A stretch of DNA of 64,000 nucleotides from Octopus bimaculoides (GCF_001194135.2 NC_069002.1:4039284-4103283), one strand, 5' to 3'. Shown: positions 39,918 to 53,878, numbered from the stretch's first letter. Notes: a model not told the origin generated them from the sequence alone. Made by a program: numbers and translations.

Positions 39918-42900
39918 TAGTTTTATTTTTATAACGTGCTTTCACTTCACTACCGAGCGCAGCTCTGTGCGCCNNNNNNNNNNNNNNNNNNNNNNNNNNN
40001 NNNNNNNNNNNNNNNNNNNNNNNNNNNNNNNNNNNNNNNNNNNNNNNNNNNNNNNNNNNNNNNNNNNNNNNNNNNNNNNNNNNNNNNNNNNNNNNNNNNN
40101 NNNNNNNNNNNNNNNNNNNNNNNNNNNNNNNNNNNNNNNNNNNNNNNNNNNNNNNNNNNNNNNNNNNNNNNNNNNNNNNNNNNNNNNNNNNNNNNNNNNN
40201 NNNNNNNNNNNNNNNNNNNNNNNNNNNNNNNNNNNNNNNNNNNNNNNNNNNNNNNNNNNNNNNNNNNNNNNNNNNNNNNNNNNNNNNNNNNNNNNNNNNN
40301 NNNNNNNNNNNNNNNNNNNNNNNNNNNNNNNNNNNNNNNNNNNNNNNNNNNNNNNNNNNNNNNNNNNNNNCCAACTTGAACAGATTAAAACTGTGACGGA
40401 ACAGAATATGAAATATGGCAGCAGCCTCAGTTCTACTGAGCGTCAAAAGACAACACTTTTGATGGAAAATACTTTCATTGAGAAAAACTTAAGTGGAAAT
40501 GGTAAATCCTGAAACATTGTTTTACTTGTATTTTTTTGTGTTTTTATTTTATTTCTATAGGCACAGGTGTGGCTGTGTGGTAAGAAGCTTGCTTTTCAAC
40601 CACATGGTTCTGGGTTCAGTCCAACTGAATGGCACCTTGGGATAGTGTCTTCTACTATAGCCTCAGGTCGACCAAAGTCTAGTGAGCAGATTTGGTAGAT
40701 GGAAACTAAAAGGAGCCTGATGTGTGTATATGTATATATGATGATGATGATGATATATATACATGTGTGTTTGTGTGTGTGTGTGTGTTGAATTGTTTGA
40801 GTCAGTACAAAAAAAAAACCTGTCTTTAAATTTTCTTTTCTTTTCTTCCTGTTAGAGAATGGTACTTACCTTGGTCTGGATCTTGGTGGCACCAACCTGC
40901 GTCTGTTCCGGGTGAAGTTTGTTAATGGTAAGGCAGACACCTGTCTAAAATATTACAAGATGCCAGCAGAATGCTTTAAGGGTTCCAGTCTTCAGGTAAA
41001 AACTTTAAATATTTTGCTTATTTTCGTTAAGCAACAATGGCAACAACAACAACAACAACAAGACTAATGACTGTTTCTAATATTGGTACAAGGCCAGATG
41101 TTTGGCGGAAAGGGTTAGTTGTTACATTAACCCCAGTACTTAACTAGAACTTTATTTCATTGATCCTAAAGGGGTCATCTGTCTAACACCCTAACCACCA
41201 AGCCATACACCTCCATCGGTCACCTCTTCCATAAGGTTCAATTAGAAGCAGCTATCTTTATGCTTTCTGGCTGGATTCTCCAAGCATGACCAATGGAGAC
41301 TATGGATATTATCCAAACATCTCATTCTAGGTCTACGCTTAGGTCTCCCATCAGTTGGTTCAGCTTGAAGAATCCATCTTATAATTCTTTCCTGTGATAT
41401 TCAAATCGCATGTTCCATATTAGTGGAACTGTGACCTCTCAATGTGGAGAAATAGCAGCTTGGGGTCGATGTAATTAAGTAGCATCCTCCCCACAACTTT
41501 TGAGGCTTTGTGCCTTTAATACAAAGGATTACCATTATTATTATCAAAAGGGTTAAAGAGAAATGAACAGGGTGAGGAGTTATGATAGAACAATGTCTTA
41601 CAGAGGAGGAGGTGGAGGAGGTGGAGGAGGAGGAGATAACAATAATATTTAATGTTTTTCTGTTCCAGGTATTTGAATTTATGGCTGACTGTATCAAAGA
41701 ATTTCTAACTTATGATAACCTTGATAATTGTGGACGTCTGCCATTGGGTAAACTGACTTCTGTTAATCCTAGAAATATCTTAACATCTTTCAAATCTCCT
41801 TTTTCTTTCCTTTCTGCTTCACTTTTTGTATTCTTTTCCTTGCCTTCTTCTACTGCCCCCTACACCCTCTCCTCTCCTCCCTCCCTCCCCTNNNNNNNNN
41901 NNNNNNNNNNNNNNNNNNNNNNNNNNNNNNNNNNNNNNNNNNNNNNNNNNNNNNNNNNNNNNNNNNNNNNNNNNNNNNNNNNNNNNNNNNNNNNNNNNNN
42001 NNNNNNNNNNNNNNNNNNNNNNNNNNNNNNNNNNNNNNNNNNNNNNNNNNCCCTCCTTCCTCCTCTTTCTCCATCACCCACCTCCTTTCTTCTATGTTTT
42101 TCTTCTTCTTCACCTTTTTGGCTTTTGTTTTCCCCCTCATTTTTTTTAAAAACCATACTGTCTTAATAGGGGGGAAGGCACAGTGGCTGAATCATTAAGG
42201 TGTATGTCTCATTGGTTATAAGATTGTAAGTTCAGTTCCTGGACTGGGCAGCACATTTTTGTGTCCTTGAGCAAGCCACTACTTTGTTCCAGAAGTCTGC
42301 AGATCTGTATTGAGAACCAACCAGGTGCTGGTACAGCCCTCTCTCTCTGTCCAGTTGTCACATTCTGGACGTTCTGCTGGATTAAAGATAAGCAGGGCTG
42401 AGAGGGTTTCTATGTCTACCTCTGACTACACAAGCATCTAAAGCAATTAGTGAAAGCATGGTACATGTAAAGCTTAAAAGCTTAATCATCCCCTTTAGTC
42501 ATGAATGACCATGGGATTGTACCTAGAAAGTTACCCTACGAGGCACAAGTCCAGGCGAGGTTGTTTATGGAAGACCAGCAGTCACCCATGCATGCCAACC
42601 TCTCCTCTCCACTCCACCGATGTTATCCAAAGGCTGTTATTACTTTCGAGACAGTACTTCTTGATGCACCAAACATTTCAGCTGTTTTCGTTACGCTAGC
42701 GCCTGCCATACAAGCACCAACAATTTGACCTCTTTGAAAGTCCGATAGATCTGTCATTTTAATGAATTTTAATTACCTTTTCCTGAGGATATCTGAAAGA
42801 AGCAGCAATTTTAGCAAAACATATTAAGCAACACTAATAATAAATCAAAAAACATAAAAATAAATAAGCTTTTAACAGTTTTATAGATATTTTAAAATTA

Positions 42901-45900
42901 TGATGCTAGGTGTTTCCATTATTTTGTCCAACCTCTGTATGTGTGTATGCCTGTTTCTGTGTGTGTGTGTGTATGTGGACCATACAGCCATTAAGTAAAT
43001 CATACAACCACCTACCACACACTCCCTAATTAATTAAACTGAACTAAATCTAATCCCTTCCAATGCATTCAGGCTTCACATTTTCATTTCCCTCAACGAA
43101 GAAGAGTCTGACCGATGTGGAACTGATTATCTGGACGAAAACCTTCAAATGCACCGATGGCCCTGGAATGAATGTTGGTCAAACACTTGAAGACTGCTTG
43201 AAGAGAAAGGTTTGTGGTTAACCTTCCTTTGTTTCTATGTTGGTAATTGTGTCTTGTAATTTATCATTCGTTTAATATTCTACTAACATCAAAGGGCAGC
43301 GAACTGGCAGAATCATTAGCAGGCTGAGTGAAATGCTTAGCGGTATTTCGCCTGTCGTTACGTTCTGAGTTCAAATTCCACCAAGGTCGACTTTGCCTTT
43401 CATCCTTTTGGGATTAATCAAATAAGTACCAGTTATGCACTGGGTTGATGTAACCCCTTCCCCGTAACTGCTGGCCTTATGTGACAATTTGAAACCAAAG
43501 TTCGACTGCAATGTTGATATTTCTCTGTCTTTGTCTTTCTCTCTCAACAGAATATTCCAGTTGATTTGGTGGCAATAATAAGTGATGTTACAGCCGCCTT
43601 GGTCGCTGGTCACTACTTGGACAAGCAGAGTTGTATTGGACTCATACTTGGTATGTATGTATGCATATATATATTTATATNNNNNNNNNNNNNNNNNNNN
43701 NNNNNNNNNNNNNNNNNNNNNNNNNNNNNNNNNNNNNNNNNNNNNNNNNNNNNNNNNNNNNNNNNNNNNNNNNNNNNNNNNNNNNNNNNNNNNNNNNNNN
43801 NNNNNNNNNNNNNNNNNNNNNNNNNNNNNNNNNNNNNNNNNNNNNNNNNNNNNNNNNNNNNNNNNNNNNNNNNNNNNNNNNNNNNNNNNNNNNNNNNNNN
43901 NNNNNNNNNNNNNNNNNNNNNNNNNNNNNNNNNNNNNNNNNNNNNNNNNNNNNNNNNNNNNNNNNNNNNNNNNNNNNNNNNNNNNNNNNNNNNNNNNNNN
44001 NNNNNNNNNNNNNNNNNNNNNNNNNNNNNNNNNNNNNNNNNNNNNNNNNNNNNNNNNNNNNNNNNNNNNNNNNNNNNNNNNNNNNNNNNNNNNNNNNNNN
44101 NNNNNNNNNNNNNNNNNNNNNNNNNNNNNNNNNNNNNNNNNNNNNNNNNNNNNNNNNNNNNNNNNNNNNNNNNNNNNNNNNNNNNNNNNNNNNNNNNNNN
44201 NNNNNNNNNNNNNNNNNNNNNNNNNNNNNNNNNNNNNNNNNNNNNNNNNNNNNNNNNNNNNNNNNNNNNNNNNNNNNNNNNNNNNNNNNNNNNNNNNNNN
44301 NNNNNNNNNNNNNNNNNNNNNNNNNNNNNNNNNNNNNNNNNNNNNNNNNNNNNNNNNNNNNNNNNNNNNNNNNNNNNNNNNNNNNNNNNNNNNNNNNNNN
44401 NNNNNNNNNNNNNNNNNNNNNNNNNNNNNNNNNNNNNNNNNNNNNNNNNNNNNATATATATATATATATAGCTGTGTATATATGTGTGTGTGTATAGATT
44501 TGTCTATACAGCTTTACTGGGGCACTGCTTTGAAGGGTCTAATTAAACAAATTGACCCCAGAATTTATTTCAAATCTAGTACTTGTTCTATTGATTTCTT
44601 TGTGCCAAACTGCTAAGTCATGGGGATGTAAGCAAACCAACACTGGCTCTCAAGTGGTGGTTGGGAATAAACACACGCACACACACAAACCCTGTAAACC
44701 TAACCTTATTTCTTCTTGTTCTCTATTTTGCCCAGGAACTGGCTGTAATGTCTGCTACATAGAAAATGTTAAATCCATCGAGAAATGGCAAAGTGAGACT
44801 GACAAATCAAAAAAGGTTTTTATTTAATGTTTCCCTGTTAATGTCTGTATCTTGTTCTTTTTCTGAGCAACCATCTGTATGTATATAGTGGGGTGCGAAT
44901 GTAGGTATACAGTAAGTGTCACCTCGATGTGATAATATTTAATTCATTAAAATTATTAACACATTAAATCAGACCCATTTTTGATATTTTTCAGTGCCAT
45001 TAATCATAATAATATATTTATCATAACTATAATAATACTTTTATCATAACAGGTCATCATCAATATTGAATGGGGAGGTCTGTCTGATACTGGATGCCTG
45101 AGTTTCATCCAAAATGAATTCGACTACGAAGTAGATAAACTTTCCAACCATGTTAACTCGTTCACGTACGTAAACCTTATTTCCTTCTTTGGTCACATGA
45201 TCTCCTTGTCTTTGAACAATTTCACGGTTCTCTCTCTTTTCTTTGTTTTCAAATAAACTAGTAAAAAACACTGATCCTTCATGCCACACAAAAAGCACTG
45301 GTAACGGCGCCATGTAAAAAGCACTGGTAATATGGTACTATGTAAGAATATGTAAATGGTAATGAAAGTGTTAGTAACGATCATCATCATCCTCATCAAT
45401 ATTTAACAGTTGCAGCTGTTATGTTCCAAAAACCCTCGTGATAGGTGAAGATCCGTGAAGTAGAAACTGTACTGTACTGCATATATATTTATTAAATATT
45501 TTTATAATTTATATATATTTATTTTATTATAAATGCAAAACAACACCATGGAGGAATTGATTAAAGCTTAAATAATAAACCATGATAGATGAACCGTGAT
45601 ATGGTGAAGGATTACTGTAATAATAATGATGTTAATTATTTTTTATTTTTCTACATTTTTAATTGCAGATTTGAGAAGATGTTTTCAGGCCTTTATCTCG
45701 GTGAATTGGTGCGGCAGGTTTTGGCCGACCTGACAAAGAAGAAAATCCTGTTTAAAGGTGAGGGGTCTGACAAGCTATTTACCCCCTGGTCATGGGACAC
45801 ATCAAATGTATCAGACATTGAAAGGTATATAAAATTGTATTTTATATTTATTTATATATTTTCAAACTTATTTTTGTAAATGTTTTAAAAATAGTTGCTG

Positions 45901-46646
45901 GTGTGGCTGTGTGGTGAAGATGTTTGCTTCCCAGCCACATGGTTTTGGGTTCGGTCCCACTGCATGGCACTTCAGGCAAGTGTCTTCTACTCTAGGTGAC
46001 CAAAGCACTGTGAGTGGATTTGGTTGATGAAAACTGAAAGAGAACCATTATGTGTATGCGTGTGTCTGTGAGTGTGCATGCATGTGTGTGTGTGTGTGTT
46101 TGTACTTGTGTGTGTGTGTTTGTGTTTGTATGCTTCTTATGGATTAATGTTGACTAGCATTGATTTAAATGTTTAGCAGAATGGTAACACATCTTTGTGA
46201 AACCCCGTCATCATTGATTCCATGTTTGCAAAGTTGGGCCAGTACTTGTGTTAGGCCACATGTAACATTCTGGGTTAACCTTCCCTTCTTGGACATGTGT
46301 ATGGCTGTGTACATATATGTGTGTGTGTCTGTGTGTGTAGCCCAAAGAAATTCATCAAAACTAAATGAATGATTAGAACTGTTGTTGTTGTTTTAGAGAC
46401 AAAGATGGAAGTGATGAAAATACTAAGAAAGTTCTAGATTCCTTTGATCTTGGAGGAGTAACATCAAAGAGAGATCTGGTACTCGTTCAGTTTGTCTGTT
46501 CTTTCATGTCTCAAAGAGGAGCCTATGTTCTGTCAGCAGGTAACTTCATTCATTCATATTTTTTACATCACGCCCACCAAGCCTTCTTCCCTTAACCCTT
46601 TTGTGTGTGTGTGTGTGTATATATACATATATAAACAGGAAGAGAT

Positions 46647-46681
<35 letters not shown>

Positions 46682-46728
46682 CCCCACCCATGCCATAACA
46701 GAAGGCGGACGTTAAACGATGATGATGA

Positions 46729-46760
<32 letters not shown>

Positions 46761-47233
46761 NNNNNNNNNNNNNNNNNNNNNNNNNNNNNNNNNNNNNNNN
46801 NNNNNNNNNNNNNNNNNNNNNNNNNNNNNNNNNNNNNNNNNNNNNNNNNNNNNNNNNNNNNNNNNNNNNNNNNNNNNNNNNNNNNNNNNNNNNNNNNNNN
46901 NNNNNNNNNNNNNNNNNNNNNNNNNNNNNNNNNNNNNNNNNNNNNNNNNNNNNNNNNNNNNNNNNNNNNNNNNNNNNNNNNNNNNNNNNNNNNNNNNNNN
47001 NNNNNNNNNNNNNNNNNNNNNNNNNNNNNNNNNNNNNNNNNNNNNNNNNNNNNNNNNNNNNNNNNNNNNNNNNNNNNNTATATATGTATATATATCACAA
47101 ATTTTAAAATTCAAAATGTTTTAAATCCTATTAAATTTTCTGCCTTATTTTTTGCATTTTTCAGGCAAACATAGTTTTGGTGAAAGACTCCAGTGTGCAG
47201 GGGTGTGCATTTGCTGCAGCAATAGTGGAATAA
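38279..47233 (+). CDS. HK: Single-domain (~50 kDa type) hexokinase, divergent; two parts hidden in N-gaps
   Basis: Exons: 38279-38347 (ATG, tentative first exon), <40371-40501 (start in gap), 40856-40995, 41669-41747, 43073-43209, 43551-43650, 44736-44815, 45053-45165, 45669-45824, 46397-46539, one exon missing (gap 46761-47078), 47165-47233 (TAA). Motifs: GLDLGGTNLR, LPLGFTFSFP, WTKTFKC, LILGTGCNVCY, INIEWG, FEKMFSGLYLGELVR, SQRGA. Symbol is family-level. Confidence 0.93.
40561..40725 (+). mobile_element. Forward copy of the tRNA-headed SINE 5' region in hexokinase intron 2
   Basis: A-box-like TGGCTGTGTGGT and B-box-like GGTTCAGTCC, followed by GGCACCTTGGG..GTGTCTTCTACTATAGCC. Similar copies at ~3990-4150, 45900-46050 and 54500-54570. 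Confidence 0.75.
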
Positions 47234-48310
47234 ACACAAGTATTTCACAGGGCAGCAGTTTGCACTCCATTCTGCAGTTTATCACAATGCAACACTTTTT
47301 AAATGGTGTCAATGAATGAGAAACAGAGATAAAAATAAGTAATAATATACTAATACCCCTTACACAACTTGTTTAATAATCCTAGAATATTTCAGAACAA
47401 ATTCCCTTTTGCATATTCCATATTTTCCAGCATACAAGTCAACATAGTTTATAGTGTAAACATTCAAACATCATCATTATCTTTCCAAATCCTGCTGTAT
47501 TTCACATGGAAGTTTTTGTTCACTGAAATAGTCTCGGCATATAAGTCAACCTTCCTGTTTTTGGATGTAAATTTTGGTTTGAAAAATTTGACTGTAAGGT
47601 GGAAAATATGGTATATACATGTTATATGGTATATATATAAAGCAATATTATTTATTTTTAATAAAAAAAAAATAAACCAAGACCATATTCTTATTTCCCA
47701 GGTCAAATTATTCATGTATGCTAAGTGTGGTACATACAGATTGATCCAGAAGTTTGGCCATGCATAGAGGACACACACACAGACAATGTATTTTATATAG
47801 TAAGATACACGTTCCACAGATTCTAATTTATGCAATGTTCTGTATGGATATATAAATGGTAAACTGGAAGAATCGTTAGCATGTTAGACAAAATGCTTAG
47901 AAAAATTTCTTCCAGTTCTGTACGTTCTTAATTCAAATCTCACTGAGGTCAACTTTGCTTTACAACCCTGGGGTGGGTGATGATAAAATGAAGTACCAGT
48001 GGTCTCATTAGTGATAGTGTCAGAGAAAAAGCACTGAGCACACGCACTGTGAAGTGTTTGGCTTGAGGAAGCGCATCCAGCAGTAGAGATCTTGCTAAAG
48101 AAGACATTGGAATTTGGTGCAATCCTCTGGCTTGTCAGTTCCTCTTGAACTGTCCAACAAACGTGTGTGTGTGTACATGTACATACATATGTGTGTGTGT
48201 GTGTGTGTGTAGGTAGGTATATAGAGATGTGCAAATTCATATTTCTTCCAACAAAATCATACACATATACATATACGCATACATAGAGTGAGATTAATAC
48301 AGAAAGAAGG

Positions 48311-48439
<129 letters not shown>

Positions 48440-48659
48440 ATAAATTGATGCATTGTGAGATACTGGTGATGGATGTATTTTGATACAGTTTAAAGGCTAA
48501 TGACTAATGACTTGTGTGTTCTGTAAACCCCGGTGTGTTTATTGCTTCACAGGCAAAAATGGGAAAACTTTTATCTTCATTTGAATTATGTTAAGTGTGC
48601 CACCAGGCCATAACAGCTGTTACATTTATAACTATTGGGTGATGAGATTTATATGTGTA

Positions 48660-48712
<53 letters not shown>

Positions 48713-49966
48713 GTTATGGGTAATAAGATATTGAATGACATAAGATGATTGGTGCTTATAATAATTAGTGTTCAGGTGGCAAGTTGTTGGGTTCAGCATA
48801 TTATCCTCCATTTTCTAATATGTGTATATATAATATACATATATTATATATATTATATTCATACATATAATATGTATATATTGGTTTGAATATGGGGACC
48901 TAATACATAGATTTCATACCAATTAGACCTTCATCAGGTGTTTATGTCACCAGGGCTAATTAACCTGTCATTATATATAAAAACATTTTGTGTATCAACT
49001 CCTGACTTTGTTGTTTGTTTGTTTCTTTTTTTTTTTACATAACACACGTTATAATATTCATGATGGTTCCTTTGCCTTGTTGTTTCCTTTTATGTTATAT
49101 TGTATTTTTGTATGGTTAGGACAATAATAAAGATGATGACAGCAAGAATGATGAAAGCAACAAACATGGTGGTGATAGGAGTTTTTGTTTTTGTAGCCCA
49201 AATTAGTGTTAAGCAAAAAGCACCCAGTACACTCTGTAAATTGGTTAGCATTGGGAAGGGCATCAACATTAGAGCTTGGCACAGACTTCTGGCTTGTCAG
49301 TTCCTCTTGAACTGTCCAACTCATGCCAGTATGATGATCCAAACGATCTGAAGGTCTGAAGGCACATAGCTTGTTTGGTTCATGATCTCAGGTCACAAGT
49401 TCAATTCTTGGTGAAATGTTGTGTTCTTGAGCAAGACACTTTATTTCACTCAACTGGCAAAAATGAGTTGTACCTGTATCGCAAAGGACCGGCCTCGTCA
49501 CATTCTATGTCATGCTGAATCTCACTGAGAACTATGTTAAGGGTACATATGTCTGTGGTGTGCTCAACCACTTGCATGTTAATTCCCATGGAGGCTGTTC
49601 CGTTGATTGGATCAAGTGAAACGCTTGTCGTCGTAACCAATGGAGTGTCAGTCAAAATCTAACATGGAAAGAATTGCAGCATTCACCTCTGTGACCTCAG
49701 CTTTTAAAAACAACAGAGACTTGAGAGCAATTTGGTTGGTCGACCTTGGTGGAATTTGAACTCAGAACATAAAGATGGGCAAAATATTGCTAAGCGTTTT
49801 ACCTGGCATGCTAACAATTCTGCCAGCTCGCTGCCTTCACAACAACAACAACAACAGCACAGTGCATGGAATGTATTGGAAAGAACTTTAAAATAAATCT
49901 TTATTAGTCTGTACAATTTTGCTGTTTGACAGTAGGAGGGAAGTAGTGAAGTGGTGGGGAGAGGAG

Positions 49967-50756
49967 CTATGTTTTAACTTCATATCGAAGAGGTATAGAA
50001 TAGTTCTGGATTTTGCCTTGACCGCATACCTGTAATGTGCGTGGGTGTAATTCGACTGTGGCAAAGCAGCTAGTGTCTGGTGAGGTTTCGATAACTCCAG
50101 GGAATGTGATGTGGTAGATACCTTTAGGATCGATGGCAAAGCCACCCTGGTGCTCATGCCCGGCAAAATAAGCCAGCACACAATTGAAGCTGGAGATTAA
50201 CTTGAGGATGGCAGCAGAATCCCAGCAGAGACTTTTAATGTTGCAAGACTTGATGTAAACTGGACAGTGGCCTGTAGAAATGAAAGTAAGAAATGATTTC
50301 TGATAATTGCAAAGAAACAGAGGACATATAATAAAAAATGGATCTGTTGAAAAAGAGAAAGTTAATAAAAAAATCTGTGAACCAATCTGAACAGATTCCC
50401 AAAAAACAAATAAATAGAAGGTAGTTTCAGCTGGTCATGTTGCTGGAATGAGACCTTGTCTCTCTCTCTTTCTCTCTCTCTGTCATGGTTCAGTGGTTTT
50501 TGGGACTGGTCTATAACTTAAATCATATACTAAATATACTTATATATATATATATGATCATCATCATCATTGTCATTTAACGTCCACTTTCCATGCTGGC
50601 ATGGGTTGGATGGTTTGGCTGAGGACTGGCCCCCTCCCACCAAATTTCGGGCCTTGTACCTAGAGTAGAAAAGTATATAGAAGTGATTGTGCTTTTTTTG
50701 AGCAAAACATTGTATTTACCGTAGTTACTTGAATACTGGACAAAATGGCTCTCTCT

Positions 50757-50792
<36 letters not shown>

Positions 50793-51479
50793 TAAATTAA
50801 TTCTAAAGACAAAATTTTGAAACTTACCACAGATCACAACGTTTTGATGCAGTTCTTCAGCCTGTTGCAGAGATGCAGATATCCATTCCATCTGGGCTTT
50901 TCCGATGGCACCATTATATGCAACAACCATGCACGTGGAATCATCAAGACCATCTGAACAATTGATGTCTTTGTTTGTGTTCACTTTAAACATTTCCTTT
51001 GCCTCTTGGTAATTTGGACACAACTGGTCAATCATATTGACAGCATAACAATCAAGAATAAGGAATTTCAAGGACTTGTGTGGTGTGAAAGAATAATAGC
51101 CTCTACCAGGAATATTTTTACAAGCCTTGTTTAAAGAACTGTTCAGTATAGAGTTGAGAAGTTCTTCGTGGGTAAAATTATAGAATTCATGATTTCCCCA
51201 AACATGGTAGACATTTCTGGGGAATTTAGAAAATGCTTTTTTCATGCATGCTAAAGCACGATCTCTTTGGTTGTTCCGTTTGTTGTAGCCATCTAAGAGG
51301 TCACCAAGCTGTAGGATAAATGATACCTCGTTGGCGGACTGCATCCAGTAGTTGATAGCTTTGCTTGTCTGTTCCAATGAGGCACGAAAATGCCGTTTGT
51401 TGATTTTAAAAAAGTCGTAGCCATCCTCTCTGTCTGCATACTGAATGTCTGTGATTATACCGAATGACAGAAGAACCAT
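49967..51479 (-). CDS. ADPRM: Manganese-dependent ADP-ribose/CDP-alcohol diphosphatase, 2 coding exons, ~318 aa
   Basis: Exons 51479-50828 (ATG; donor GTAAG) and 50271-49967 (acceptor TTTCTACAG; TAG), joined in phase (VIC-G-HCP). Metallophosphoesterase motifs FGIITDIQYAD, LQLGDLLDG, VWGNHEFYNF, GH and FAGHEHQGG. Also the ADPRM-typical YNGAIG.AQMEW and GIYHITFPGVIET. Confidence 0.95.
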
Positions 51480-52127
51480 ATTTGGCACTGAAACCAATAT
51501 GAATGACAACAATAGTTACAATGATATTTATTAGAGCATTTACTAAGACTGAAGTGCCTTGAGATCAATCACGACACCTGGAAAATACAGGTACAGAATC
51601 TCCTTGCCTAGCATAGCTGCACCAACTGCAGTACCATCTCCTGCAAACAGAATAGGACAGGACGAGCATAAAAAAACATTGGCTGCGCAAATCCAGAGCT
51701 GATTCCTTGCCGTCATTCCCAACAAGCTACCAGTCCTCAACTTGTGACTGATAATACACACACACACACACACATCGAATATATATATGTATTTTTTAAT
51801 TACTTCCAGATTAGCATTATTAAATTATAGAAATAATTTTACATTGAAATGTTTTCATAGATATTGAAAAGCATTTAAATATTTCAATAGTAAAATAACC
51901 TTAATAACCCATCAATTATAATGCTTTTCCTATAATCTAATTGTCATGGCATAAAATTTCTATGTTTCTAATTGTGGTGACGTAGAATTTCTATGTTTAT
52001 ATTTTATTCTTTCATTATCTACGTCATCTAAAGTTAAATACTAAATTGGTTTTTCTTCTTCGAAATCATGGCTTGTCATTGTGTTGCATCGATCGTATTT
52101 GGAAGATTATGAAAAATATTAACTTAC

Positions 52128-52197
52128 TTGAGGTAAGGGCTGGTGACGAGAGAGGCTTCCAAACGCTGAAAATCTGCTTCAACAAGTTTTGTCTGAC
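52128..52197 (-). other. 70-nt exon upstream of the ADPRM CDS (5' leader or coding; see findings)
   Basis: Minus strand shows acceptor TATACTTGCATAG| and consensus donor CAA|GTAAGT. Two of the three frames are open. Confidence 0.6.
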
Positions 52198-53871
52198 CTA
52201 TGCAAGTATACAAAAGTGGACGTTAAAATATCTATATATAAATATATATATAATCATCATAGTCATTTGACATCCACTTTTCCATGGTTGCATGGATCAG
52301 ACGGAATCTGCTGGGAGCTCTTCCTGTCACCAACACCTACCTGTTACCAAGTAAGGTAATATTTCCTCCATGGCCAGACATGTTTTTCACAGAAGACTGG
52401 AAATGAACAACGCTCGGTGTGTTTACGTCCGCGTAACTTAGCAGTTTGCGCAAATTATATCAGGCTTTAAAAAAAGTACTGGGGACAATTCATTCGACTA
52501 AAAATTCTTGGAGGCCCCAGCATGGCCGCAGTCTAATGATTGAAACAAATAAAAAATAAAACGGTAAAAGTTATTTTACGACGGTCTTTTTTTAGTTTCC
52601 GTCTCCCAAATCCACTCACAAGGCTTTGGTCGGCTCGAGGCTTGTGGTTGGGAAGCAAACTTCTTTTCAAAGGAAACTTTAGAAAACTAGCTCGATTGTT
52701 AATGACAAAAAAAAAAAAAAATTAAATAAAAATCAATGTAAAGATTTATAAATTACAATTCTGTTAGAAATATTAAATCGAACCTAGAACTTGGCTAAAA
52801 TTAAACTCGGAACTGACAAGAGCCAGGTCAGCCGATGTAATAGGACTTACTAGAAATAGCAGTTAAACTGCCCGCAAATTACATGCCCCCGCTTTGCTTA
52901 GAGTGGAAACAACACACGACATATTGTCCTCAGACATACTTTGAATATAAGTCAACTCTGTTGGACGTCCGTTCGTGAGAAGTTGACTTGAGGTTAAAAA
53001 CAACATCAACCACCACTACTACTATTATTACGGTTGATTTCTAACAAAAGAACAAGAATTCATATCTGAAGGGATGACTATAACCCCCTATTCCATTCTA
53101 AGCAACGGTTCTCAACCAATTTTTGCCTATGGACTTCCTGTCATTCCTGGGCAAGATTTCCTTTTGTACCCCCCCCCCTTTTCAAGTTACCACTCGGTTA
53201 TCTGACTTTTTCAGAAAAATGCATTTTTCAAGGTGAGGTGCGAATCTGCATTAGCCCCCTGAAATCGATGTCACTTTTACCCCCGAGGGTAGCCAGAACC
53301 CGATTTCAAGTTACCCCTGCACTGTTTACAGTACCCACTCTCTGACGGAAGGCAAAGTTGGGCGATCTTTCGGTACGATTACCTAAATATCGGCCTTAGA
53401 TCGCCCAAAGTGGCTTCCAAAAGCGGGATTTGAATTTGATCTCAAAACAAAACGGATTGCAAATAAATACAGCCGGCATTATGTCAGAATGCTCAAACGA
53501 TTAAATCGACACCAGAAACTCAACAAGACCCCAGAACGATGGAAGGTGAAGTTGACCTCTGCGAGATTGACCTCGGAAGCTAAAAGTACGCATCACTCCG
53601 TTCGACAAGCGATTCGGTCTATCATGATACCGCCTTATTATTAATAGTATCATTACTACTTCCAGATAAGACAAGTGAAAGTTAGACATATTCTGTAAGT
53701 TAGATTACTACATAACTAACTAAATACATAACCAAACATGTAAGTAGATAATAATATTAATACAGGATAGAACAGGCATAGACTTACTGTTAATAACCAG
53801 TGGACTTGAACAATCACCATTTGATGTTCGGCGAGTTGATTAATGTTTTCTTTTAGGGTGGTTATTAGGAA

Positions 53872-53878
53872 CGGAAGT
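53872..53878. promoter_or_regulatory. ETS/GABP-type CGGAAGT motif next to a candidate ADPRM first exon (donor after 53788 on -)
   Basis: ACGGAAGT lies ~85 bp upstream (minus sense) of a consensus ACA|GTAAGT donor. The motif is common at animal housekeeping promoters. A short motif can occur by chance. Confidence 0.3.

Noticed and set aside
40561-40640. A-box/B-box-like sequences as tRNA genes
   Set aside because: No complete cloverleaf or acceptor stem, and each continues into a SINE body found many times in the window.
50577-50827. C-terminal ~80 aa of the 311-aa minus-strand ORF and its TTG start at 51512
   Set aside because: Read-through into the ADPRM intron past the donor at 50827. The real C-terminus is in 50271-49967 and the first ATG is at 51479.
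52128-52197. TGT-TGA (Cys-Sec-like) reading in the third frame of the 70-nt exon
   Set aside because: No upstream in-frame start, no recognisable selenoprotein fold and no SECIS identified.
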